From Ferroglobus placidus DSM 10642 (GTDB lineage: Archaea; Halobacteriota; Archaeoglobi; Archaeoglobales; Archaeoglobaceae), in assembly GCF_000025505.1 (NCBI RefSeq), contig NC_013849.1:990001-1022000 (forward strand): a DNA stretch of 32,000 nt. The letters are read 5' to 3'. A model generated the notes under the pieces. The model ran no database searches and had not been told where the DNA came from. It worked only from the letters and a program-made list of their open reading frames with translations. The first letter of the stretch is position 1, and each line of letters starts with the position of its first letter. Shown here in pieces: positions 10,366 through 18,890 of this stretch. The translations under genes and the position numbers were made by a program.

Positions 10366-10812
10366 ATGGATTTGAGGTTCCAAAGAAGATTGGCAGCTGA
10401 AGTTCTCGATTGCGGAATGAACAGAGTTTGGTTCGATCCGGATGCTTTGGAGGAAATAGCAGCTGCTGCAACGAAGGAGGACATAAGAGAGCTGATAGAG
10501 AGAGGACTCATTAAGAGAAAGCCGGTAAAAGGGGTTTGCAGAGTTAGAATCAACAAAAGAAAAGCTCAAAAGAGAAAAGGTAGAAGAAGGGGTCACGGAA
10601 GGAGAAAAGGAAAGGCTACTGCAAGAATGCCGAGAAAAAGGGCTTGGATAATCAGAATCAGAGCTTTGAGGAGGAGGTTGAAGTTCCTCAAAGAGAAAGG
10701 CGTTCTCGACAGCAGGACTTACAGAATGTTGTACAGGAAAGCCAAGGGAGGAGAGTTCAGGAGCGTGTCTCACCTAAACGCTTACCTCAAGAGTATTGGA
10801 GTGCTGAGGTGA
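10366..10812 (+). CDS. rpl19e: 50S ribosomal protein L19e
   Basis: [49 protein letters not shown]...[18 protein letters not shown]. Alternative ATG at 10360. Confidence 0.97.
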   Translation: MDLRFQRRLAAEVLDCGMNRVWFDPDALEEIAAAATKEDIRELIERGLIKRKPVKGVCRVRINKRKAQKRKGRRRGHGRRKGKATARMPRKRAWIIRIRALRRRLKFLKEKGVLDSRTYRMLYRKAKGGEFRSVSHLNAYLKSIGVLR

Positions 10813-10816
10813 TAGT

Positions 10817-11374
10817 TTGGCGAGAGGACCAAGGTATAAAGTTCCCTACAGGAGAAGGAGAGAAGGAAAAACGAACTACAGAAAGAGGTTAAAGCTGCTC
10901 CTCTCAAGAAAGCCGAGGTTAGTTGTGAGAATAACGAATCGATACGTGATAGCTCAAATAATCGAATACCATCCAGACGGTGACAGAGTCCTCGTTCACG
11001 TTGACTCTAAGGAGCTTGAGAAGTACGGATGGAAAGGCGATCCGAACAACACTCCCGCGGCATACTTAACAGGACTGCTCGTCGGAAAGAAAGCCCTCGA
11101 AAAAGGAATTAAAGAGGCTATACTCGACATAGGCTTGAGATCCCCAACCAAAGGTGCGAGAGTTTTCGCTGTGCTTAAAGGAGCTGTTGATGCAGGAATG
11201 GAGATACCCCACGATCCCGAGATATTTCCAGACGAATCGAGGATAAGGGGAGAGCACATAGCGGAATACTACAAAATGAAGCCTGAAATGTTCTCAGAAT
11301 ACGAGAAAAGAGGTTTGTCTCCAGCTGATTTACCTCAACATTTTGAAGAAGTAAAAAGCAAGATAATGGGGTGA
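10817..11374 (+). CDS. rpl18: 50S ribosomal protein L18 (archaeal L18/L5e)
   Basis: [47 protein letters not shown]; TTG start. Confidence 0.97.
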   Translation: MARGPRYKVPYRRRREGKTNYRKRLKLLLSRKPRLVVRITNRYVIAQIIEYHPDGDRVLVHVDSKELEKYGWKGDPNNTPAAYLTGLLVGKKALEKGIKEAILDIGLRSPTKGARVFAVLKGAVDAGMEIPHDPEIFPDESRIRGEHIAEYYKMKPEMFSEYEKRGLSPADLPQHFEEVKSKIMG

Positions 11375-11379
11375 TCTAA

Positions 11380-11970
11380 TTGGAGTGGACACCAAGAACG
11401 AAACTCGGAAAGCTCGTGGCTGAAGGAAAGATCAAAACACTTGAAGAAGCTTTAGCGAGCGGATTACCATTAAAAGAAGTTGAGATAGTCGACACTCTTC
11501 TTCCAGACCTTGAGGATGAGATACTCGAAATTTCGATGGTGCAGAGAATGACGGACAGCGGTAGAAGAACGAAGTTTAGGGTAACTGCCGTCGTTGGAAA
11601 CAGAAACGGATTTGTCGGAGTTGGAGTAGGTAAAGCTGCTCAGGTTGCTCAGGCAATCCAGAAAGCCATAAAGGACGCGAAGCTCAACATATTCAAAGTT
11701 GAGATGGGCTGCGGCTCCTGGGAGTGCGGATGCGGAGGAAAGCACAGCATTCCAGCAAAAGTTACCGGTTCGGCTGGAAGCGTTAGAGTCACATTAATCC
11801 CCGGTCCAAAAGGACTGGGGCTTGTTGCCGGAGACGTGGCTAAGAAGGTTCTCGAATTGGCTGGAGTAAAAGACGTGTGGTCTTTCACGAGGGGACAGAC
11901 GAAAACGACGATAAACTTCGCTAAAGCGACATTCGAAGCTTTGAAGAAGACCGTTTATCTTAAGAGGTGA
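11380..11970 (+). CDS. rps5: 30S ribosomal protein S5
   Basis: [40 protein letters not shown]...[19 protein letters not shown]; TTG start. Confidence 0.97.
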   Translation: MEWTPRTKLGKLVAEGKIKTLEEALASGLPLKEVEIVDTLLPDLEDEILEISMVQRMTDSGRRTKFRVTAVVGNRNGFVGVGVGKAAQVAQAIQKAIKDAKLNIFKVEMGCGSWECGCGGKHSIPAKVTGSAGSVRVTLIPGPKGLGLVAGDVAKKVLELAGVKDVWSFTRGQTKTTINFAKATFEALKKTVYLKR

Positions 11971-11975
11971 TGAAA

Positions 11976-12434
11976 ATGCTCGCTGTTGTCAGGCTCAGAG
12001 GAACGATTGGCGTTAACAGAAAAATTGAAGATACGCTGAAGATGCTCAGATTGCACAAGAAGTACCACTGCGTGGTCATTCCGGACACTCCTTCCTATAG
12101 AGGAATGCTTCAAGTGGTGAAGGATTACGTGGCTTACGGAGAGATAGATGCGGAAACTTTGGCAATGCTCTTAAGGAATAGGGGAAGGTTAAAGGGAGAT
12201 AGGAAGTTGACGGACGAATACGTCAAGGAAAAAACCGGATACGAAAGCATAGAGGAATTTGCGAAAGCCGTTGTGGAAGGAAAAGCGAGTTTGAAAGACT
12301 TGCCGGATTTAAAACCCGTTTTCAGACTTCATCCGCCGAGGGGAGGTTTGAAGAGTATAAAAAGACCCTACGGTTACGGAGGAGATTTGGGATACCACAA
12401 GGAGATTAAGAAACTCCTTTACAAGATGAGGTGA
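11976..12434 (+). CDS. rpl30: 50S ribosomal protein L30
   Basis: [57 protein letters not shown]. Confidence 0.97.
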   Translation: MLAVVRLRGTIGVNRKIEDTLKMLRLHKKYHCVVIPDTPSYRGMLQVVKDYVAYGEIDAETLAMLLRNRGRLKGDRKLTDEYVKEKTGYESIEEFAKAVVEGKASLKDLPDLKPVFRLHPPRGGLKSIKRPYGYGGDLGYHKEIKKLLYKMR

Positions 12435-12439
12435 CGCTC

Positions 12440-12970
12440 ATGCCGAAAAAGAAAGTGAAGAAGTATAGGGGATCAAAAACCTGCGGAGGAGGAGCTAAAA
12501 AGAAGAGGAGAGGAGGAGGTAGCAGAGGAGGAAGAGGAAACGCTGGAGTGCACAAGCACAAGTACATAAAGTTCGTCAAGCTTGCAAAAGAGGGACTGTA
12601 CGAGTTTGGAAAGCACGGCTTTAACAGACCGAAGGTCGTCAGAGCAGAATACAAAGCCTTAAGAGAGCTGAAGCTCAGACTAAGAGAACTTAAAGATGAG
12701 GGAATTTTAGACGATGAGCTCTACAGGTTTTTCGACGCAAGAGAGGAAATAAACGTGGGAGATCTGGACATAGTTGTCGACAGACTCGTTGAAGTGGGAT
12801 TGGCAAAGAAGGAGGGAGAAGTTTACGAGGTAAACCTCGGCGAAATCGGCTACGAAAAGCTCCTCGGGGCTGGAAGGATAACCAAGCCGGTAAAAGTTGT
12901 CGTGAGCTACGCCACTCCGAAGGCAATTGAGAAAATCGAGGCTGCTGGAGGAGAAGTGGTGAGCAGCTGA
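12440..12970 (+). CDS. rpl15: 50S ribosomal protein L15
   Basis: KKVKKYRGSKTCGGGAKKKRRGGGSRGGRGNAG...KHGFNRP. Confidence 0.96.
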   Translation: MPKKKVKKYRGSKTCGGGAKKKRRGGGSRGGRGNAGVHKHKYIKFVKLAKEGLYEFGKHGFNRPKVVRAEYKALRELKLRLRELKDEGILDDELYRFFDAREEINVGDLDIVVDRLVEVGLAKKEGEVYEVNLGEIGYEKLLGAGRITKPVKVVVSYATPKAIEKIEAAGGEVVSS

Positions 12971-14448
12971 TGGTGGAGGAGATTCTAAGGAAACTTCAAC
13001 CCTATTTTGAAAGAATTCCGAGCGTCGAAAGACCAAAACAACACGTTCCTTTCAGGCAAAAGCTCGCCTGGACGGTAGGAATCCTAATTTTATATTTCGC
13101 TTTAACAAACGTCCCAGTTTTCGGTCTGGATCCATCGTCGATTGACCTTTTCGCCCAGTTTAGGGCGTTGTTCGCCGGAGCCGGAGGATCTATTTTAGCT
13201 TTAGGAATTGGTCCAATCGTTACAGCCAGCATTATCCTTCAGCTACTCGTCGGAGCTGGAATCATAAAGCTCGATCTGACAAAACCAGAGGACAGAGCAG
13301 CCTATCAGGACTTTCAGAGGTTCTTAGTTTTCGTGATGATCGCCTTCGAAGCTCTCGTATTGATATTTAGCAGGTCGATGATCCCGAACGCTCAAATTGC
13401 CGCCCAGCTCGGAGTTCCCCTTTCCTTCATCACGTTCCTCATATTCTTTCAGCTCTTCATAGGAGGAGTTTTAATCGTCTACATGGACGAAGTAGTTTCA
13501 AAGTGGGGAATAGGAAGCGGAGTTTCGCTCTTCATATTAGCCGGGATTTCTCAGGCTATTATAACTGGACTGTTTAACTGGGTCGTTCCTCCAAACTCTC
13601 AGTTGCCAGCTGGAATTATCCCGAGGTGGGTGTGGATAGCCCAGAATTACGGAGCAAACGTCCTTTCGGCGGACGGATTGATGTTCCTCCTGATAGATGG
13701 TGGAGTTCTCGCTTTAATAACGACCATCGCAATAATATTTCTCGTCGTCTACGCTGAAGGAACCAGAGTCGAAATTCCCTTGGCTCACGCAGCCGTGAGG
13801 GGGGCGAGGGGGAGATTCCCAATAAAGCTAATCTACGCGAGCGTTCTCCCGATGATATTCGTCAGAGCCTTGCAAGCGAACATTCAAATAATAGGAATGA
13901 TGCTCTACCAGAGAGGAATAACGATCTTCGGAGAGTACGTAGGTTCGCAGCCTGTGAGCGGAATAATGTACTTGCTTTCTCCAGTTCAAAGTCCCTACGA
14001 CTGGGTTCCCGCTTTAGTTAAAACAAATCCCATTTTCGCAGACTTGCCCGACTGGATGATAATCTTGAGGCTGTTAATCGACGCCACCATACTTATAGCA
14101 GGAGGTATATTGTTCGCCATATTCTGGGTCGAGACGAGCGGAATGGATGCTAAAACCGTTGCAAGTCAAATTGCAAAAAGTGGAATGCAGATTCCAGGAT
14201 TCAGAAGAAATCCACAGGTTATAGAGAGGCTCCTCGAAAGATACATTCCGAAGGTAACGATAATTGGTGGAGCTGCCATAGGAGTTCTGACGTTAATAGC
14301 CAACATGCTCGGAACTATCGGTAACGTGAGCGGAACCGGATTGCTTTTGGCTGTGAGCATAGCCTACAGGTTCTACCAAGACTTAGCCAAAGAGCAGCTT
14401 ACGGAAATGCACCCGCTCCTCAGGAGATTCATCGGTGAAGAGGTATGA
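12970..14448 (+). CDS. secY: Preprotein translocase subunit SecY
   Basis: 492 aa, ten-helix membrane protein; GILILYFALTNVPVFG, GIGPIVTASIILQLLVGAGII, YAEGTRVEIPLAHAAVRGARGRFPIKLIYASVLPMIFVRALQANIQ. Confidence 0.98.
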   Translation: MVEEILRKLQPYFERIPSVERPKQHVPFRQKLAWTVGILILYFALTNVPVFGLDPSSIDLFAQFRALFAGAGGSILALGIGPIVTASIILQLLVGAGIIKLDLTKPEDRAAYQDFQRFLVFVMIAFEALVLIFSRSMIPNAQIAAQLGVPLSFITFLIFFQLFIGGVLIVYMDEVVSKWGIGSGVSLFILAGISQAIITGLFNWVVPPNSQLPAGIIPRWVWIAQNYGANVLSADGLMFLLIDGGVLALITTIAIIFLVVYAEGTRVEIPLAHAAVRGARGRFPIKLIYASVLPMIFVRALQANIQIIGMMLYQRGITIFGEYVGSQPVSGIMYLLSPVQSPYDWVPALVKTNPIFADLPDWMIILRLLIDATILIAGGILFAIFWVETSGMDAKTVASQIAKSGMQIPGFRRNPQVIERLLERYIPKVTIIGGAAIGVLTLIANMLGTIGNVSGTGLLLAVSIAYRFYQDLAKEQLTEMHPLLRRFIGEEV

Positions 14449-15026
14449 AGAAGTTTTTCAAAAACTTCGTAATGGCATTGGCAATAGTTATGTTCGTCGG
14501 AGTGGCTTTCAGTAGCGAGTTTAGAAAAGGACTGGGAAATCTCTTAGCTCCTCTTTTAGACCCCCTCTTAAACGTTTTACCGTTTCACGTAGTCGTAATG
14601 ATCCTCGCTTTTTTCACAGGTCTCTACTCCACGCTAATTCAGAAGTACACAATCGATTATAAGAGGTTGAAGGAGATCCAGCAGAGGGTGATGAACTTTC
14701 AGAAAGAATATATGGACGCTGTAAAGAAGAACCTGAAACCAAAGCTGAAGAAGCTTGAAGAGGAGCAAATGGAAATTCAGAAACTTCAAGGAGAAATGTT
14801 CAGCATGCAGATGACTTCTATGCTTTTCGTGATAGTTGTAACGATACCGATATTCATGTGGATGTATCACGCCGCTTCTCTCGACTTCGAAGTTGTGGCT
14901 CCTTTTGCTGGCAAAATCCACATCTCTCAATACTACCTCATCTTCCCCTGGTGGATATGGTGGTACATGTTCAATTCTATAATCTTCGGGCAGTTGGTTA
15001 GAAAAGCTTTGAAAGTAGGCTTATGA
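14445..15026 (+). CDS. DUF106 / EMC3-TMCO1-like (Oxa1/YidC superfamily) membrane protein
   Basis: Membrane protein with a central coiled coil (QQRVMNFQKEYMDAVKKNLKPKLKKLEEEQMEIQKLQGEMFSMQMTSM), directly after secY as in many euryarchaea. Confidence 0.85.
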   Translation: MKKFFKNFVMALAIVMFVGVAFSSEFRKGLGNLLAPLLDPLLNVLPFHVVVMILAFFTGLYSTLIQKYTIDYKRLKEIQQRVMNFQKEYMDAVKKNLKPKLKKLEEEQMEIQKLQGEMFSMQMTSMLFVIVVTIPIFMWMYHAASLDFEVVAPFAGKIHISQYYLIFPWWIWWYMFNSIIFGQLVRKALKVGL

Positions 15027-15559
15027 GGGTGACCATCTCCGGCTTACCGGGAAGTGGAACTACGACGGTAGCTAAAATTTTAGCTGAAAGGTTGAACTGC
15101 AAGCTAATCTCCGCTGGGGAAGTGTTTAGAAAAATGGCAAAAGATCTCGGAATGAGTCTGGAAGAGTTCAGCGAGTACGCAAGAAAAAATCCCGAAATAG
15201 ACAGAAAACTCGACGAACTTCAAAAAGAACTTGCTGAAAAAGAGAATGATGTTGTCGTCGAAGGAAGGCTTTCGGGTTGGTTTGTTAATGCGGATCTGAA
15301 AGTCTGGATTTACTGCGAAGATGAGGAGAGGTACAGAAGGGTTGCGAAGAGGGAAAAGCTGAGTTACGAGGAAGCCAAGAGAAGAACGATGGAAAGAGAA
15401 AGGATCGAGAAGGAAAGGTATAAAAAGTTCTACGGAATAGACATAGAAGACCTAAAGATCTACGACATAGCCATAAACTCCGGCAAGTTCAAGCCGGAGG
15501 AGATAGTGGAAATAATACTCAGAGCGATAGAGTTGAAAGGCTATGGAAATAAACGATAG
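15023..15559 (+). CDS. cmk: Cytidylate kinase, archaeal type
   Basis: P-loop MRVTISGLPGSGTTTVAKILAERL; SAGEVFRKMAKDLGMSLEEFSEYARKNPEIDRKLD; VVEGRLSG. Confidence 0.95.
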   Translation: MRVTISGLPGSGTTTVAKILAERLNCKLISAGEVFRKMAKDLGMSLEEFSEYARKNPEIDRKLDELQKELAEKENDVVVEGRLSGWFVNADLKVWIYCEDEERYRRVAKREKLSYEEAKRRTMERERIEKERYKKFYGIDIEDLKIYDIAINSGKFKPEEIVEIILRAIELKGYGNKR

Positions 15560-16550
15560 GTTTCTCGTAAAAGATGAAGCCAAACCTTCAGAAGAGTACG
15601 GATGCTACCCCTACAACAGACCTATTCAGGAGTATATAAGAAAGGGGTTCGTTCTAATAGACAAGCCGAAGGGACCAACGAGTCACGAGGTTGTTGTCTG
15701 GGTTAGAAAGATTCTCGAAGTTGAAAAAACGGGACACGCCGGAACTTTAGATCCGAAGGTTACGGGTGTTTTGCCGGTATTCATAGAGCAGGCTACGAAG
15801 CTCGTTCAGTTTTTACAAGGTTCGGAGAAGGAATACGTGGCTTTAATGAGACTGCACGGTGACGTAAGCGAAAGGGAGCTAAGAAAAGTTTTCGAGCTTT
15901 TTAAAGGAAAAATCTACCAGCGACCTCCGCTAAAGTCGGCTGTGAAAAAGAGGTTAAGAGTTAGAGAAATCTACGACATCGAAATACTGGAGATAGATGG
16001 GAGGGACGTTCTCTTTAGAGTCGTCTGCGAGGCTGGAACTTACGTTAGAAAGCTCTGCACAGACATAGGTGAAATTCTCGGTGTTGGAGCCCACATGCAG
16101 GAGCTCAGGAGAATAAGAACGGGGATATTCACCGAAGAAAAATGCTACACCCTCCAAGATCTACTTGATGCTTACATATTCTGGAAGGAGGAAGGAGAGG
16201 AGGAGTACCTCAGAGAGATAATCCAGCCGATGGAGCTGGCTGTCGCAAACATACCGAAGATAATAATTAAAGATACAGCCGTCGATGCCATCTGCCACGG
16301 TGCGAGCCTAACGGCGAAGGGAGTCGCTTACGTCGAAAAGAACGTGAAAAAAGGAGAGAGAGTTGCAATATTCACGCTAAAGCAGGAACTCGTTGCCATA
16401 GGGAGATCCAATTACGACGCTGAAGACATATTAAAAATAAGGGGAGGCATCGTTGCGGAAATAGAGAGGGTTATTATGGAAAGAGGCACGTATCCCTCCT
16501 ACTGGAAGAAAAAGAAAGAAAAACAAGTTACTCCAGAACGATCTTTCTGA
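15543..16550 (+). CDS. cbf5: tRNA/rRNA pseudouridine synthase Cbf5/TruB family
   Basis: GFVLIDKPKGPTSHEVVVWVRKIL, KTGHAGTLDPKVTGVLPVFIEQATKL, CEAGTYVRKLCTDIGEILGVGAHMQELRRIRTG; C-terminal PUA region. Confidence 0.97.
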   Translation: MEINDRFLVKDEAKPSEEYGCYPYNRPIQEYIRKGFVLIDKPKGPTSHEVVVWVRKILEVEKTGHAGTLDPKVTGVLPVFIEQATKLVQFLQGSEKEYVALMRLHGDVSERELRKVFELFKGKIYQRPPLKSAVKKRLRVREIYDIEILEIDGRDVLFRVVCEAGTYVRKLCTDIGEILGVGAHMQELRRIRTGIFTEEKCYTLQDLLDAYIFWKEEGEEEYLREIIQPMELAVANIPKIIIKDTAVDAICHGASLTAKGVAYVEKNVKKGERVAIFTLKQELVAIGRSNYDAEDILKIRGGIVAEIERVIMERGTYPSYWKKKKEKQVTPERSF

Positions 16551-17262
16551 TTCCATGAGGATCGATTCTGTTCATAAGTTCTATTTCCTCCTCAGTTGGT
16601 GGAGGAGTTGTTGGAGCGTCGTTAACCTCGAACTCGGTTTTCTCTTTAATTTCCTTGTAACTGCTCCATGGGTGTATCGTGTCAACAACAAGTTTCCCAG
16701 CCTTTTCATCGAATTTGAATATGCACAGAGGTGAAACAACTCTGTAGGGCTTTCCTGCAGCCGTTATTCTTTGAACTTCCTTAACGAATATCCTCCTATC
16801 ATGTTTACCCTGCCAGACAATGGGTCTTCTCGCTGTGGCGTGAAGTAAAGCTCCTCCAGCTCCTCCGGGGAACTGAATTCTTTTACCATTTATGTAGACA
16901 TGGCTGTTGTTCAAATAGCCGCGTTGATCGATTTGCGCTCCAGCTAAGAAGACGACATCAAGTTCTCCTCTTGCTGAGATGTCGAAAAGCTCAGCCAGTT
17001 GAAGTTTAGCATCGCAATACTTTGAAATCCAGGGATGGACGGTGGACATCGGCAGATGCTTCGGGTTTGGATTGTAGCCAACTATGGAATACCAGATTAA
17101 ATCGGGGTTGTAGAGTTTTTTAGCGATAACTATTGCCATAAAAGGCAAGAAGCTCGCAACTCCCATGAAAGCGCTTTCAGCATCTTTCAACAATCTCGCC
17201 ATCGCTGAGATCATGTAGTTAGCCTTATCAAGGGTCGTGAAGCTCACGGTCTCACCTCCCAT
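16528..17262 (-). CDS. CoA-transferase family I, glutaconate-CoA-transferase-like beta subunit
   Basis: DLIWYSIVGYNPNPKHLPMST, GELDVVFLAGAQIDQRGYLNNSHV, FPGGAGGALLHATARRPIVWQ; paired with an alpha-like subunit upstream. Confidence 0.8.
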   Translation of the reverse strand: MGGETVSFTTLDKANYMISAMARLLKDAESAFMGVASFLPFMAIVIAKKLYNPDLIWYSIVGYNPNPKHLPMSTVHPWISKYCDAKLQLAELFDISARGELDVVFLAGAQIDQRGYLNNSHVYINGKRIQFPGGAGGALLHATARRPIVWQGKHDRRIFVKEVQRITAAGKPYRVVSPLCIFKFDEKAGKLVVDTIHPWSSYKEIKEKTEFEVNDAPTTPPPTEEEIELMNRIDPHGIRKIVLE

Positions 17263-18029
17263 ATGTGTTTCTTCAACCCCTCCTCATCCAAATTCGCATA
17301 CTTCTCCATCATTTCAAAATCTGGATCGTAGTACGGAGGACAAGCCCCTGGATAGGCTCCTTTCGGCACTTCTACGACTGCAACAACTTTGTAACTTGGA
17401 ATCCAGACCGCATCAATATCCCTTCTCAAATCCTCCTTTGGAACTATCATTTCCGTCGTTAGAATTATCTTCTCAGCAGCTCTTGCCATCAAAACATCTT
17501 CAAACCAAGGTCCGTAGATTAAAGCGTTTCCGTCTTCATCAGCTTTCTGAACGTGGATTATCGCAAATTCGGGTTTTATCGCCGGAACCGTCAGAACCTT
17601 TCCCCCGCCATAGGGATTTTCCACAAACTTAAACCCCCTCTCCTTTACGAAGTAGCTCTTGCTTATGTCGGCTATTGGAATGAAAGGAATTCCATAGGCT
17701 GCCGCTCTCAAAGCTGCGATAACGGTGTAGCATGTATTTTCTGAGTACTTCACCCTTCCCTCCTCAACAGCTTTTCTGAAGTTCTTGGCAAGCCCAAAAG
17801 CTTCGAAGGAGACGAAGCCAGCTATAACTTCTTTAGCACAACCCAATCCACAAAGCAAGTCCACATCGTATCCTCCGGCGGTTTTCATAACCCTCAGATC
17901 TTTCTTCCCCTGTCTTGCAAGTTCTCTAACGAAAGCTGCCGGAATTCTGTAGAGGAGGTTCCCGCTAAGACATATCAAAGATCCGTCCTTTACTCGTTCC
18001 GCTGCCTCTTCAAGGGACATAACAACCAT
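17244..18029 (-). CDS. CoA-transferase family I, glutaconate-CoA-transferase-like alpha subunit
   Basis: SLEEAAERVKDGSLICLSG, GCAKEVIAGFVSFEAFGLAKNFRKAVEEG, PAIKPEFAIIHVQKADEDGNALIYGPWFEDVLMARAAEKIILTTE; overlaps the beta start. Confidence 0.82.
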   Translation of the reverse strand: MVVMSLEEAAERVKDGSLICLSGNLLYRIPAAFVRELARQGKKDLRVMKTAGGYDVDLLCGLGCAKEVIAGFVSFEAFGLAKNFRKAVEEGRVKYSENTCYTVIAALRAAAYGIPFIPIADISKSYFVKERGFKFVENPYGGGKVLTVPAIKPEFAIIHVQKADEDGNALIYGPWFEDVLMARAAEKIILTTEMIVPKEDLRRDIDAVWIPSYKVVAVVEVPKGAYPGACPPYYDPDFEMMEKYANLDEEGLKKHIWEVRP

Positions 18030-18050
18030 GTTTTATCGTTAACGATCAAC

Positions 18051-18060
18051 TTATTTAAAC
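18051..18060 (-). promoter_or_regulatory. Probable TATA element of the CoA-transferase pair
   Basis: Reverse strand GTTTAAATAA, ~22 nt upstream of the ATG at 18029, consistent with a near-leaderless archaeal promoter. Confidence 0.5.
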
Positions 18061-18105
18061 TTCGTGGAAAAAGCGTGAGAAGAGGAGGTGAGTTCTTTTA
18101 AAGAA

Positions 18106-18120
18106 AAATATAAATATTTT
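18106..18120 (+). promoter_or_regulatory. Probable TATA element of pcn-priL-pelA
   Basis: AAAATATAAATATTT, 33-47 nt upstream of pcn ATG 18153. Confidence 0.55.
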
Positions 18121-18152
18121 CCCCTGAAAGATTCAGTGAAGGGTGATGCGGG

Positions 18153-18890
18153 ATGATCACCGCAATTATGGGTGGAGACGTCATTAGAGCGGTGACGAGA
18201 GCGATGGTCGCCTTAGTTAGCGAAGCTCGTTTTCACTTCGCAGAGGACGGAATTCACTCTCGCGCCGTAGACCCGGCTAACGTGGCGATGGTGATAGTGG
18301 ACATCCCAAGGGAGCACATGGAAGCTTACAGCATAGACGAGGAGAAGACGGTAGGAGTGGACATAAACAGAGTTTACGACATCGCAAAGACCATAAAAAA
18401 GAAAGAAATAGTGGAAATTTCTTTAGAAGACGAAAGCAGAATGAAAATAAGGTTCGGAAGTGTGGAATACGTGCTCTCGCTAATAGATCCTTCAGCGATA
18501 AGGAAGGAGCCGAAAGTTCCAAATCTGGAGCTGCCAGCCAAAGTTGTGCTCGATGCCGGAGAGTTCAAAAAAGCGATACAGGCAGCAGATAAGATAAGCG
18601 ATCACGTTGTTTTCAGAAGTGACGAAACTGGATTTTACATAGAAGCGGAGGGTGACGTTGACAAGATCGTTTTCCACATGAGCGAAGCGGAGCTGATAGA
18701 GTTCAACAGAGCTGAAGCAAGAAGCATGTTCAGCGTAGAGTATCTCAAGGAGTTCGTTAAAATAGCTGAGGCTGGAGATCTCCTTACGATTTACCTCGGA
18801 AACAACTATCCGGTTAGACTCGTTTTCGAAGTAGCTGATGGGAAAGCAAAGGTTGAATACATCCTCGCCCCGAGAATTGAAGCAGAATGA
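18153..18890 (+). CDS. pcn: DNA polymerase sliding clamp (PCNA)
   Basis: 245 aa; FHFAEDGIHSRAVDPANVAMVIVDIP, LTIYLGNNYPVRLVFEVADGKAKVEYILAPRIE. Confidence 0.97.
   Translation: MITAIMGGDVIRAVTRAMVALVSEARFHFAEDGIHSRAVDPANVAMVIVDIPREHMEAYSIDEEKTVGVDINRVYDIAKTIKKKEIVEISLEDESRMKIRFGSVEYVLSLIDPSAIRKEPKVPNLELPAKVVLDAGEFKKAIQAADKISDHVVFRSDETGFYIEAEGDVDKIVFHMSEAELIEFNRAEARSMFSVEYLKEFVKIAEAGDLLTIYLGNNYPVRLVFEVADGKAKVEYILAPRIEAE

Noticed and set aside
14448-15543. Absence of adk, L34e and L14e between secY and cbf5 considered as a notable rearrangement
   Set aside because: Their presence here varies among archaeal lineages, so absence alone does not support a novelty claim.
17237-17632. + strand ORF of 131 aa inside the CoA-transferase region
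   Set aside because: Antisense to two well-supported - strand genes; composition is that of a shadow ORF.
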